This document shows positions 24,489 through 37,389 of a DNA stretch of 64,000 nt, piece after piece. The stretch covers positions 8,618,001-8,682,000 of the forward strand of contig NC_083237.1 of the NCBI RefSeq assembly GCF_032191835.1, read 5' to 3'. Within the stretch, counting starts at the first letter, position 1; each line of letters opens with the position of its first letter. The notes under the pieces are model-generated. The model was not told where the DNA came from. It saw only the letters and a program-made list of their open reading frames with translations, and made no database searches. The translations under genes were made by a program, and so were the position numbers. Source of the stretch: Heteronotia binoei (taxonomy: Eukaryota).

Positions 24489-25987
24489 AGGCTTCAAATA
24501 TCCTGCTTATAATGTCCATACATTGGAGTGAAGTGTCTGTTTCAAAGGACAGTCACTGTTGAGTTGTGGTTAAGGTGTCTGACTACGATCTGGGAGACCT
24601 AGCCTCAGATCCCTACTCTGCCATGAAATCTTCATAAGTGACCCACTCTCAGCCCCGCTTATCTCATGGGATTGTTGTGAGGATACACTGGAGGTGGGGA
24701 TAATTCTGTAAGCCACTTTGTATTCCTACTAGTGGGAAGGGTGGGGTATAAGTTATGTAAGTTAAACAATGGCTTGTTTTGGCTATCACATGTACCAATA
24801 AAATTTATTTATTTTAGATTAAAGGAAACACAATGAATGTGTGGTAGGACCATTCTTGTGGTAGGAATCAAGCTCTGGAATTTCATCCCCCCACCACATG
24901 CTGCAGAAACCCACTATCAACACATTTACAAGCTTTTAGCCATCTGAACAAATGTTTTAATTTCCCCTTAACTTTTAGGCTGCCCCTGTTAAATTGCTTG
25001 CTTTCTGGGGTTGTCCTTTTATACTAAATGTCTTCTATTAGGGCTTTTATGGTTTTGTTCTGCTTTAAGAGGTTCTAAAATCCCTTTCATCTTGGGTTTT
25101 TTTTTTTTGCTTCCTCTTGTTTATCTTGTTATTTTATTGGTTTTATTCAGGTTTTTTTGGAGGGGGGGTGCTGTAAACTGCCTAGTAGATATTTATATTA
25201 AAAGGAAGGAAATACGTATTTTAAATGGTGAAATAAATGGAGGAAGAAAGAGCTTTTAATGGAGACAGAGATGGGCAACTTGGGTTTGCACCAATTTTTG
25301 CAGGTATTTTTCCCTTTGCAAACTCTCAAAATAAACCAATCAGGTGTTTAACTGGAATGGGTTTAATTGAAAATAGAAAGTAAAACTGTCTACTGAAATC
25401 AGTGAATAGGAGGAGAAAGTGATTTTAGGGAAAGTGATATTTAACTATCTCAGAGAGTGAGGTCCACAGAGAGAGCTACAAAATGATCAGCACTTCATTC
25501 AGTGAAGGAAAGAAAGGACCCACACACATCAGGCATGATACCACCACCACCACACATGTACATTATAGCACAGAGTGCTGGCTGTTATGGGGGGGGGATG
25601 TTCCCTGGGGTAGTCTGACATGTTTTTCCCCAAAGCAATAATTGATTGCTATTCTGGGGATGATCAATGTTCTTGGGAAACCTTGATGAGATTGCTGGGG
25701 ATTGAAAAGGTGTTACAGTTCCTTGATGAACTTCTGAACACTGGACTGGAAAACAACCAGGTTTTGGTGAATAGTGTTTAGAGTTACATAATGTGGGTAA
25801 ATAGGAAAGAGGGAAGTGACGCTGAATCTTGATAAAGTCCAAGATGAGAAAATGTTTTCTTGGGAGACCTATTGTTTTAAATTATACATCTCTTTAGGAT
25901 TGGGAGGAGGGTCATTAAGGTGGTCAGCCTCTATGATTTACCTACTAAAATATTTCCCCAGGCTCCTACCTGACCATCATCCATTTT

Positions 25988-26160
25988 NNNNNNNNNNNNN
26001 NNNNNNNNNNNNNNNNNNNNNNNNNNNNNNNNNNNNNNNNNNNNNNNNNNNNNNNNNNNNNNNNNNNNNNNNNNNNNNNNNNNNNNNNNNNNNNNNNNNN
26101 NNNNNNNNNNNNNNNNNNNNNNNNNNNNNNNNNNNNNNNNNNNNNNNNNNNNNNNNNNNN
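25988..26160. other. Assembly gap (173 N)
   Basis: Run of N. Confidence 0.99.
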
Positions 26161-26289
26161 ATTTCATTCTTAGGACAGTCGGTGCCCTGTACATATGATT
26201 TTGGGGTAATATTAAAGGTAATATTTTGGGGTAATATTAAAGGTAACTGTAATATTGAGGTATTACAGTTCTGATTACTTTGTTGGGCT

Positions 26290-26536
26290 AAGAAGAAGAG
26301 ACTGGATTTATACCCCACCCTTTGGAGTCTCAGAGTAGCTTACAATCTCCTTCTCTTCCTCTCCCCACAACAGACACACTGTGAGGTAGATGGGGCTGAG
26401 AGAGCTCTGAAAGAACATCTCTGAGAGAACTGTGACTGGCCCAGGGTCACCCAACAGCAGCATGTGGAGTAGTGAGGAACAAACCGGTTCTCCAGATTAG
26501 AGTTCACTGCTTTTAACCACTACACTAAACTGGCTC
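26290..26536 (-). mobile_element. tRNA-derived L2-tailed SINE, diverged copy
   Basis: Reverse of head (TTAACCACTACACTAAACTGGCTC) and of tail (GGATTTATACCCC). Confidence 0.8.
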
Positions 26537-26727
26537 CAATACTAAAATGGATGGTCATCAACCATCTCAGCTATCTTCAGCTGCTTGTAGGCTCCCCAAG
26601 GCATATAGCTGGTGTGAGAATCAGATGGAATTTAGTAGACTCTAGTAATTTCTTTGTTCTTATGTCCTAAGCCCCTCCCCTGGCATAATGACTTTAAATA
26701 ACAATCTTTCAGAGACTGGGCCATCTG

Positions 26728-27116
26728 GAGAGCCAGTTTGGTGTAGTGGTTAAGTGTGCGGACTCTTATCTGGGAGAACCGGGTTTGATTTCCCACTCCT
26801 CCACTTGCACCTGCTAGCATGGCCTTGGATCAGCCATAGCTCTGGCAGAGGTTGTCCTTGAAAGGGCAGCTGCTGTGAGAGCCCTCTCCAGCCCCACCCA
26901 CCTCACAGGGTGTCTGTTGTGGGGGAGGAAGGTAAAGGAGATTGTGAGCCGCTCTGAGACTCTTCGGAGTGGAGGGCGGGATATAAATCCAATATCTTCA
27001 TCTACCTCACAGGGTGTCTGTTGTGGGGGAGGAAGGTAAAGGAGATTGTGAGCCGCTCTGAGACTCTTCGGAGTGGAGGGCGGGATATAAATCCAATATC
27101 TTCTTCTTTTTTCTTT
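26728..27116 (+). mobile_element. tRNA-derived L2-tailed SINE with duplicated 104-bp 3' end
   Basis: Head GAGAGCCAGTTTGGTGTAGTGGTTAAG; segment ACCTCACAGGGTGTC...AATATCTTC occurs at 26900 and 27004. Confidence 0.88.
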
Positions 27117-28060
27117 TTTGCTGTTGTTTTGTCTTTCAATAAATTGAGAAACGATGACCAATTTCACACTAGACTTTTAATCGTGGTTTAGCCCTGTCCC
27201 CAAGGTGACATTCTAAACTAAAATCATACAATCATAGAGTCATAGAGGTGGTTTCTCTGATTCTAGTGTAGAATGTCAGTTTGGGGACACAGTTAAACCA
27301 GTATTAAAGGTCTAGTGCGAAATTGGTGTATGGTTCAACAGAGTTTCTTCTTTTTGTGCTAAGCTTCAGCTAACTTTCTGTCACTGTATCTCTGCGAACA
27401 CAATAATACACAGCAGTGTCAGAAGAAGTTAGGGAGTTCAACTGGGCAGAGAACTGATTCTTGGAGGTATCTGCAGAAATAGTCACTTGGCTTTTGACCA
27501 CTTTCTTCCATCATAAGGGTACATTCCTGAAACCCATTCCAGACCTTTCCCAGGAGGCTGACTGATCCAATGGCAAAGATAATTTGCATCAGATATTGGG
27601 AAACCAATCACTTTATATAACAAGCCCAGATTCTCTTCAGGTATGACAATTTCTGGTTCAAAAGAAGTAAACTGAACATGTAAGAAGACCCCTTAGGACA
27701 AGAAAAGATGATGATGAATATAGCATGTTAGGTAATCAATGTATTAAGCAAATCAGTTTTCCACAAAATATATGCTTATGTCTTGGAGTAGTCACCAAAG
27801 AAAACAAGAATAAAGGCATTAGTTTCATGATGTAAATGAAGAAATGTCCTAGACAGACAGGAACAATTAGTATTTGAGTTAATGAGGCAATGTGAATCCT
27901 CAGTTTAAGAGTCCTTTTGAAGAGGGTCTCTACATAACCATCCACATCTTGAAGGGATTTGCATAAGTCCTTCCTACACGAATACAAAATATAAAGAGGC
28001 TATTAGAAACAATGTTTGGTAGAGGGAACACTTCCAGTTTAGTGACGTACCTTGTCCCAG

Positions 28061-28679
28061 TGTCATGGACAATGAAGGGGAGCTGCCAGTTGCAGCAGAA
28101 CTAGCAACTGAACCCTCTGATAGCACAGCAGCTGAACCCTTGGAAGAAACTGACAACTGCTGCCACCGTCATTCCTTGAAGTGGAGTGGCCACAAGCACA
28201 AAGCCCCCTCCCCCAACTCACCCTCACGGATGGCTCATCTTCAAGAGAGACTTTGGCAGGGTTTGGCCACCCGATGCCAAGAAGCGTGGTTGAGAACTAG
28301 GCACTCCCTCAGCCCAGAGTTCTAACAGGAGCATGGCCACTTGCTAATTGAAAACAGTAGCAGCAAGCCATTTAGCTCCCTGCTCTGGGCAGATTCCCTT
28401 GTGGAAGCAACACGTCTAATCTTGTGATGTGCATCCACCCCCGGCTGGTTTTGAAACCTGATCCTTCAGCTCCTGAACTCCCGGCTATGAACGACTTGGC
28501 TATTGGTTGGTGTGCTTGGACATTGTCCTCTATTGGTTCCTATTCTGTTCTGCTCTGTTGGCTCTGACCTTGCACTGGCTTCAGACTCTGTGCTTTGGAC
28601 TTGCCCCAGTGGTTCCTCCTCTTCTCTTCAGCTGTCTGGGACTGGGTCTTGTTCCCTGCCTGCACCCCAGGGCATGACA
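28061..28679. mobile_element. Solo LTR, 619 bp
   Basis: TGTCATG...CATGACA inverted termini with a perfect 5-bp TSD CCCAG (28056-28060, 28680-28684). Confidence 0.82.
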
Positions 28680-28693
28680 CCCAGGGTCTGATG

Positions 28694-29015
28694 TTTAGTT
28701 TAGTTTATTTATATCCTGCCCTCCCCACCAAAGCAGACTCAGGGCAGCTCACAGTACATAATAGAGTAACAATAAGAACAGTTAAATTAAACATTAGATT
28801 AAAGCAATTAAAAACAATTTGGTGCTAATTTCCAAATAATTTTTAAGGATGGCATTCAGTGATCTTGAACATCTATTTAGATCTAATATCTCAGCGATGG
28901 TCATCATTCAGTTAAAGGCGAACTGAAATAATATTGCCTTGCAGGCCTTGAGGAACTGGGCAAGGTTCTGCAAGCCTCTGACCTCCTCAGGCAGTTGGTT
29001 TCACCAGTGGGACCA
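28694..29015 (-). mobile_element. L2 3' fragment
   Basis: Reverse tail TTTATATCCTGCCCTCCCC...CAGGGCAGCTCAC and GCAGGCCTTGAGGAACTG body. Ends approximate. Confidence 0.7.
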
Positions 29016-30601
29016 GTGATGTATGCAATTCACTGCATAGTCTCATAAAGAGGAACCCTGACATCTTACAGGAGTGATGTAGGCATTGCCAGTCACTGAG
29101 TGATGAGTAGAGCTCCCAGGCTGACCTTTGCAACCAGCAGTTGGGCTTCAGGCAGGGTCATGGTGGGAGAGCGGTGTAAGTGTGATGACATCACTTCTAG
29201 TGAAAACACAGACATTACGGGTCGCTCTAGGAAATGCTGAAAACTCTGTGTTGAATCCATTGCATATCTGCAATTCCTAGAGCTACTCTTTATCACTTCT
29301 GTTTTATTACCTGGTGTGACAGTGCCTCACACAATCATGCTAGTTGCTTCCCCCCCCTCCCACCGCCTCTCAGAATGGTGGAGGTCAATGGGAGCAGGGG
29401 GTGGGGGTTACCCTACCCCCACCCATGGCTTGGCAGCCCTAGTGAGAAGGCTGTGTGTAGGTTTTCAATGCACCTGGTGACTGTCTTGAGCAATTACCCA
29501 CACCTAATGGTCACATTCTTTATTTTTAAAACTGGAGAGTGACCAAACAGTGGTGCTCTGCCATAGGCCTATAAGGTTGCACAGAGCAAAATTTGACCAT
29601 CCGTCCTACAGAGTTGCTAACCTCCAGGTGAAGCTTGGAGATATGGAATTACAACTTACCTCCAGATGACAGATACCAGCCCCTCTTCAGAAAATGGCTA
29701 ATGTGGAAGGTGGAATCTATAGCTTTATAACCTGCTTTATAACCTCCCCAAACCCCAGCCTCCCATGGTTCTTACCCCAAATCATCAGAGAATTCTCAGT
29801 CTTGCATTGCAGCTCTACAGCCTGATGAAGGAGCCTATTCAGCACTGGGCGTCCTCACCTCAACTTGCATACGGTCTGGTGTAAGGGAATGGGGTTAATG
29901 AACATCATCTCTCTGCAAACTTTGATCTGCAGAAAAAGAATAGACAAGACGCATATTTCCAGCATTCATCTTCCAATCTTGTGCATCCCTTCCTTTCCTG
30001 CTCCAGAACAACATCTTTTACTTCCCTTCTCTATCCATGTTCCTGTACCATTCTAGCTTCAACTCCATGCACAGCATTCCCTCTCTCCCTCTGGTCTTGG
30101 ATTGCATTAGGATTTCACTCACCTAGTTTCAATACCAACTCTGATTGTTCCAAGGCACAGCTTTTTTAGTCACCATACTAAGAATCAAGTTTGACTAGTA
30201 ATCAGGTGGGGGAAAGTTTCATACCAGTGGTGCTCCTGAAGGGCAAAAGTCTGCCAAAGTAATTATCTTCCCCTTGCAATTATCCATATAATTATTATCA
30301 TTCTCCTGATCAAAGCTCCAGCTGGGTTTTGGAAGGGATCCCAAAGCACCTGATAAAGTAAGAAATGATAAAAGCCAGGGTCGTTTTGACCTGGCAGAAG
30401 GGAATAGGTAGGGCTTTTGTCAGTTTGATCTCTCTGATTTTGTTTTGTTGTGTCATACTTGAGTCCAGAGCTTGTGCTTTTTTTTTTTGCCACTGTGTTG
30501 ATCACAGAGATAAGATTGATATGTTTCCTTTCCAGTAGACTGGTTCCTGCAGCCTCCATTCAAGGTCACCTGCTGAGCCATAATTAGATAATGTCCAGAT
30601 A

Positions 30602-30813
30602 ATGAGGCTGATAACTTTACTCGTTCTCTTGCCTTCTATGGTATGGGAAGTAGATGGTATGAACTGTTCTAAGAATGATCCTGTCCCCATTCCACATGCA
30701 TGGTACCAGTCTGGGGACATCCTCATTGGTGAGATCGCTTCTCAATTTGTATATTCTCACCATACCGTTGATTTTAAGAAACATCCTTCTCAAGGCTTGT
30801 TTGAGGCTCCAGA
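30602..30813 (+). CDS. Vmn2r: V2R gene C exon 1
   Basis: MRLITLLVLLPSMVW leader, WYQSGDILIG motif, GA|GTAAG donor, 212 bp. Confidence 0.9.
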
Positions 30814-33224
30814 GTAAGAATCAACCCCCCTTCCTGTATCATTCAAGATTGCCAATGAGCAAACCCAAGCAAATGTTTATATAACTATCAGGATGCTCAA
30901 AAGAGGGAAATTGGAGGCTTGGTCAACCCTGCATTTTTGTCTGTTGCAATTACTTTCTGAGCCTTGTATGGTCTGCTTGGTTTGCTTTACGTTTCCTATC
31001 TCTTCCACATAACCAAAGGCCCTGTGTGCTTGTTTTAAAAGTTAAAAATCTGAAAATTCAACTTTACATGACGTTTAAAATATAATGAACGTGGGCCAAT
31101 CTCCAGAAGGGGGGAAAAACAGTTGCAAAAAAACAATTCGGTACAAATTGTTTACAAATCCATGAGTGAGCAAACTGCATTTTCAATGAGCCTAAAAATG
31201 ATAGTTTTAAAACACAGTTAAATACTAATAAAGATGGCTGCTGGGATAGCACTCAGAATGGAAAACTGAAGGAAGTGTGTGTCCTGCTAATTCCGAAGAT
31301 GTGATGCAACAATCAATAGTCAATTGTTTGGGATAGTTTCAGTGGGTAACCTTGCTGGTCTTTCGTAGAATGGCTAGATTCAAGTCCGGTAGCACCTCAT
31401 AGACCAAAAAGACTTTTGGAGTATGAACTTTAAGAGAGCCAAAGGGATCTAGGGAGCTTTTACTCTGGAAAGCACATACCCTCAAAATTTGGTTGGCCTC
31501 TAAGGCGCTGCTGGTCTTGAGTTTAGCTGATTGTTTGGGAGACAATGACGCATATAAAACATGATGCTCTTTTTATTGCATATCTTGCAAGAAAAAAACA
31601 TTCAGTCAACATGGGACATGTAGAGTGCAACCCTAAGCAGAGTTAGATCAATGGGCTTAGAAGGGTGAATTCTCCTTAGGATTGCTCCAGGTCAATCTGC
31701 CACAGAAGAGCAAGACTTGAAGCCAGTTGCACCTAAGAGACCAACAAAATTTCCAGGGTATAAAATGGAGAAGAATGCTGCAAGCCAGTTTGGGTCCTCT
31801 TTGGGGAGAGAGGTAGAGTACAAATGAATGCAATAAATAAATTTCAAGCATCATTCATTAGATACCATCAGGAAAGAAGATTCCTGAGTCCTTATCCTAG
31901 AAATCTTGTTGATCTTGGAGGCGCTACGGTATGTCTCAATCTAGATCTCCTTAAGATCTGGATATTTACTAAACTGAACACAATATGGGGGATTCCATAA
32001 TGCATTAAGGTAGCAGGCATGTTCTTTTCAAATTTTGTCATTCTCTTTTTAGCTATAATTTTTGAGGTGTGCATTTTTATGAGATTATCATATTGTGTAC
32101 ATTTACCCCTCCTATTCTTCCTCAGTAGTCCTCATAACTCCTTTTTAAGACTGTCTGTTGCAATGACTGCTTTTGTTATAAAAACAATCAAATCTCACCA
32201 GTTTTTTTATGACTTGCCCACTGTACACAGGCAGTCTGATTGAATCTTCCCAGAATTAGGTGTGTGCCTCTTTTTGCAACTATTCCCACCGTATTTCTTT
32301 CTAAGGAAAGCAGCATCTCATCTCTTGAATGTATTTTTGATTTAAGACATTCAAAAATCTCTCTCCCCAGTCCTGCAATTTAATTTAGTAGATTTTTTAA
32401 AACAAAATTAGTTGCTTTTTAAGCAAGTAGATTTTTAAAATAAATCTGTACTTAAAAAAAAAACATAATCGAGGAGAAGACATGCTGTGGAATGGAAACT
32501 TTTTAGAGGAAAGCATTTCAGAATAGCATTTCGGTTAATTAGTGGTATGAATGATTTGTATTGACACAACGTCCTGGGAAGCAATTTGAAAGGTTTGAGA
32601 ATAAGTAAGTAAAGTAAGTAAAGAAATTTATTTTTATATCCCGCCCACCCCCGCCAAAGGCGGGCTCAGGGCAGCTCACAGACATGGAACATCATGATTA
32701 GAATAAAATACAATGTAAACAAGAGTTTAAAATAACTTTTCACTAGTCCTTTTTTGAACACAGGTTTGGATCGGTGGACATCCTGATTCTAAAGATTAGC
32801 AGATGCTAATTAGCAGAAATCAATGCTTTCTCAGGCACAATAGAAAGTAATCATGATTCCATGACTCTCAGCTTAAAGTAATGCACAACAGTACATACCA
32901 TGATACAATATCCCTGCATGGGTCACTCACTATGCTTTGATAACAAAGAACCAGCATTGTGTTTGGGGCGGGGCGGGGGGGGGGCTTACTTCATTCTGCT
33001 GCATTTGGAGGTTGTCCAATATTCTGTGAATTGCACAGATTTTGGGGTTATGTCGCATTACAACGATTATTTGGGTTGAAGTAGAGGTTGATTAGATCAG
33101 AATGTCAATGAAAGGACAGAACGGTGGAATCAAAGCAAAATGGACCAGAACTATGGTGAAATGATACATTTCTGAGCAGACAGCTCTTATAAAAGCTCAT
33201 TTAACTCTCTCACTTTCTTTTCAG

Positions 33225-33516
33225 AATGGTGATAAAGTACTACCAGCACATCCTGGCATTGGCATTTGCCATAAATGAGATCAACAAGAACCTCCAGATC
33301 TTGCCAAATATCAGCCTTGGGTTCCAAATCTATGACAGCTACTTTGATTTAAAATTGACATATTGTACAACTCTGGGACTGCTTTTCAGATCATGGAGCT
33401 TTGTCCCAAATTACAAATGTGAGATTCATAGAAACCTAGTAGCCATCATTGGGGCACTTGGTGCTGACATCTCTTTCCATATGGCAGATATCTTAGGACT
33501 CTACAAAATTCCACAG
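33225..33516 (+). CDS. Vmn2r: V2R gene C exon 2
   Basis: TCAG|A acceptor, CAG|GTAAG donor, 292 bp; KYYQHILALAFAINEIN...LYKIPQ. Confidence 0.93.
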
Positions 33517-33688
33517 GTAAGAGCCATGCAGAGATGATTGATGATTTCACAAACTGAATTCTTGAAATGCAGTTAATTTTGGTGGAGATGAGAAATAAAA
33601 GTATGATGAACAGGGAAAAAAACCCAACCCTCTTGTCTGATGTTTAAGGAAGAAAGCCACGTAACAATTGCTTTATACAGAAAGAGCA

Positions 33689-33790
33689 GAAAAGAATTAG
33701 CGGTAGTATGGGAAACCTGTCGCTTACTTCTTCCCCATGAAAAGAATTAGCGGTAGTATGGGAAACCTGTCGCTTACTTCTTCCCCATGA
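33689..33790. repeat. Perfect 50-bp tandem duplication
   Basis: GAAAAGAATTAGCGGTAGTATGGGAAACCTGTCGCTTACTTCTTCCCCAT occurs twice. Confidence 0.95.
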
Positions 33791-33914
33791 CCATTTTCTA
33801 GGAACTGTACAGTAGTCACAAGATATCAGGAATTTCAGCCAGAAGTATAAATGAGTCAGAGACACACAACTTCCTACAACAGAGTTATACTGTAATCGAT
33901 ATCATATCCAGAAG

Positions 33915-34230
33915 AGGTGCGAGCTCTGCGGGACCTAAATCAGTTCTGCAGGGCCTGCAAAACTGCCCTCTTCGAGCTCGCATTAAGATGAAACCCAGGA
34001 AATGACATCTAGCCTTCTTATATACAACTGAATTGTAGCAGTGAAACTTAGAATTCATAACGGTTTAACTGTTTATTTAATTTTAACTTAACTTATGAAT
34101 GTAATTTATCTGTTTTAACTGTCTAATTGTTTGTAATAATATTGTATTTTACTGTAATCATGGTATATACTGTGTCATGTTAGCCGCCCTGAGCCTGCCT
34201 TTGGCAGGGGAGGGCGGGATATAAAAATAA

Positions 34231-34287
<57 letters not shown>
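33915..34287 (+). mobile_element. Short L2 3' fragment with (ATT)n tail
   Basis: GAGGTGCGAGCTCTGCGG..CAGGGCCTGCAAAAC and GCCGCCCTGAGCC...GGGCGGGATATAAA followed by an ATT microsatellite. Confidence 0.8.
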
Positions 34288-34353
34288 GTCATACATGCTA
34301 TATGTATCAGTTCCTCAATTTCTCTTTAAATAAATCTATACATCTTATTTTAG

Positions 34354-35217
34354 ATTGCATATGGCTCATTTGCCTCAGAAGAGAGGGATGCAACAGAGTT
34401 TCCTGCTTTCTTTCGCATGGTTCCAAATGAAGCTGCTCAGTATAGCGGGATTATTCGGTTGCTGCTCCATTTCAGGTGGATATGGATTGGGCTCTTTGCT
34501 GCAGATGATGACACTGGAGAGCATTTCTTGAAGACCATGGAGCCATTGCTGTCCCAGAATGGAATCTGTTCAGCCTTCACTGAAAGAATTCCAAACCAAG
34601 CACAATGGGATACAATAGAAGATATTAATAATATACTCTCGAAGGTATATAAACTATTCACATATAGCAAAGTCAATACATTTGTCCTCTATGGAGGGCC
34701 TCTGACCATGATATCAATGAACAATATGTTGGTTTTTGGGGGTAGTGGCTATAAGGAAAATACACTTTTTAGAAAAGTGTGGATTATCACAGCTCAAGTG
34801 GATCTCACATTATCTGGAATGCAAAGGAACTGGAATTTTGACTTATTCCCAGTTGTCATTTCCTTCACAGTTCACTCAAATGAGCTAACAGGATTTAAAA
34901 CTTTTCTACGGAAAATAAAACCTTCACAGATGCAAGGAAATGTTTTTCTCAACGAATTCTGGGAACAAGCATTCAATTGTTTTTATCTAGATCCTCAGGA
35001 TACAATGATGGCCAATGATACATGTACTGGGGAGGAACTTCTGGAGAGCCTTCCTGAGCCTGTTTTTGAAATGACCATGACCGGCCACAGCTATAGTGTC
35101 TATAATGCCGTCTATGCTGTGGCCCATGCTCTGCATTCCATGCTTTCATCTAGAGCCAACCATGGAACACCTCTGGCTTGCAGAATAGTTGAACTTCAGG
35201 CTCTCCACCCTTGGCAG
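34354..35217 (+). CDS. Vmn2r: V2R gene C exon 3
   Basis: TTTAG|ATT acceptor, CAG|GTATT donor, 864 bp open; IAYGSF, FFRMVPNE, FWEQAFNC, YSVYNAVYAVAHALH. Confidence 0.93.
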
Positions 35218-35469
35218 GTATTGTGTCCTCAATGAAAAAAATTGTATTGCCCTAAACATTGAGACAACATGCAACTTTGTCCTTCGTGAATAGCTGATAA
35301 AATGGGACTGTGGTTGTGTTTCTTGGAAAAGTTTTGTGGGTGCAAATTTATGGGCCTGAACAATAGATATGTGGCACTTTGTATAGTTTTCTGTTGCTAC
35401 AAAATATTTTTATATCCATGCTTTATCAGAAAGAAAATACATAGAAAACAGTTTAGGAAGGAAGGAAGG

Positions 35470-35748
35470 AAGGAAGGAAGGAGAAATTGGATTTATATCC
35501 CACCTTCCACTCTGAATCTCAGAGTGGCTCACAATCTCCTTTATCTTCCTCCCCCACAACAGACACCCTGTGAAGTGGGTGGGGCTGAGAGGACTCTCAC
35601 AGCAGCTGCCCTTTCAAGGACAACCTCTGCCAGAGCTTTGGCTGACCCAAGGCCATTCCAGCAGGTGCAAGTGGAGGAGTAGGAAATCAAACCCAGTTCT
35701 CCCAGATAAGAGTCCGTGCACTTAACCACTATACCAAACTGGCTCTCT
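35470..35748 (-). mobile_element. tRNA-derived L2-tailed SINE
   Basis: Reverse complement of the 26728 SINE (head ...CACTTAACCACTATACCAAACTGGCTCTC); (GAAG)n run at its tail. Confidence 0.85.
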
Positions 35749-36300
35749 GCTTCTCTGTGTGTGTGTGTGAGTGTGAGAGATGATTTGCAGCTGCTTGGGA
35801 GAGGAAATGAAGACTGTATTCAGGGGAACTGCACTGCTGTGTTTTTATTTATTTATTTTAGGGAAAATCTCCTTGCCCCACCCAGGAAGTCCCCAGATAT
35901 TATCTGAGTTAGACTTGGCAACCCTGCACATAAATATAGTTATGTACTTCCTGAAATGGGACATGTCTTGTGGGATTTTAGTGTAGATGCAGTCAGGGTC
36001 CCCACCCTCCGGAAAAAGAGGAGCAGGAACTCTAAAGAGGGAAGTGAAGAAGAAACACATGGGTACCCCATACATACTTTAAATTTTTTTTGAGGATTTT
36101 GTTTCTATGAAGAGGTTCTGGAACTCCATTCTGCCATGTTCCCCCAGAATAAAAGCCCTTGATGTAGCACTATTGTAAGACTACTGCAAATTCACAGCCA
36201 TAATTCATTTCTTTCTGATTCTGGAAGAAAAAAAAACATGCCTTTTAGACGAAAGTGGAAGTGACTCCTGTTTCTTCTTTCCTCCTCTTTTTTTAACTAG

Positions 36301-36528
36301 CTCCACCCATTTCTTCAAAGTATTTCATTTAACAACTCTGCTGGAGAAACAGTGTCCTTTAATGAGAAGAAGGAAACCAGAGCTGAATTTGACATCATGC
36401 ACATAGTCACATTCCCAAACAGGACTTTCCTCAGAGTCAAAGTTGGAAGGGTTGATTCTGCTGCTCCCAAAGAGAAACAATTTGTTATTGATGAGGATAT
36501 GATGGTATGGTACGGAGCTTTTAACCAG
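36301..36528 (+). CDS. Vmn2r: V2R gene C exon 4
   Basis: CTAG|CTC acceptor, CAG|GTGAAG donor, 228 bp; LHPFLQSISFNNSAGE...FDIMHIVTFPN. Confidence 0.92.
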
Positions 36529-36595
36529 GTGAAGACTGCAAGGTTTTTCCAATGGGTGGATGATTTGGTGGTTGAAAGCTGCCTTCATTGCAAAA

Positions 36596-36931
36596 GCAGT
36601 CTGTCTGGCCCCACTGTCTGACCCCACTGGTGGACCTCCTGATGGCACTTGGGGTATTTTAGCCACTGTGTGACACAGAGTGTTGGACTGGATGGGCCAC
36701 TGGCCTGATCCAACATGGCTTCTCTTATGTTCTTATGTGACACAGAGTGTTGGATTGGATGGGCCATTGGCCTGATCCAACATGGCTTCTCTTATGTGAC
36801 ACAGAGTGTTGGACTGGATGGGCCATTGGCCTGATCCAACATGGCTTCTCTTATGTTCTTATGCGACACAGAGTGTTGGACTGGATGGGCCATTGGCCTG
36901 ATCCAACATGGCTTCTCTTGTGTTCTTATGT
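36596..36931 (+). mobile_element. CR1 3' end with four tandem terminal units
   Basis: Units start at about 36670, 36737, 36796 and 36863 (periods 67, 59, 67). Confidence 0.85.
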
Positions 36932-37389
36932 CTCATAGATAATGGTTGCCACCCTCCAAGTTGAGTTTAGAGTTCTCCAGGAATTACAACTGATCTCCAG
37001 ACTACAGAAATGATTTCCCCTGGAGAAAATGATGAATTGTAGGGTGGACAATAAAATTGTACACTATTTTGGCCCAAATCCTGCCCTGCCCAGGGTCGTC
37101 CCCCCCCCAATCAAATTTCTAGGAATTCTCCAATCCAGAGTTGACAAGCCTAAAGCCAGAAACTAAAGAGGCGTAGTAATCATATAATTCATAGGATCAT
37201 AGAATCACAGAGTTGGAAGGGGCCATACAGTCCATCTAGTCCAGCTCCCTGCTCAACAAAGTATCAGCCTAGAGCAGGGATGTCAAACTCATTTGTTATG
37301 AGGGCCAGACCTGAGGTAAATGAGACATAGCTGGTCCAGGCCACGTTGGGTTGGGGTGGGCCATGTTGGGTCAGGCCATATGTATACCT

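Noticed and set aside
25816-26318. ORFs spanning the N run
   Set aside because: Artefacts of translating an assembly gap.
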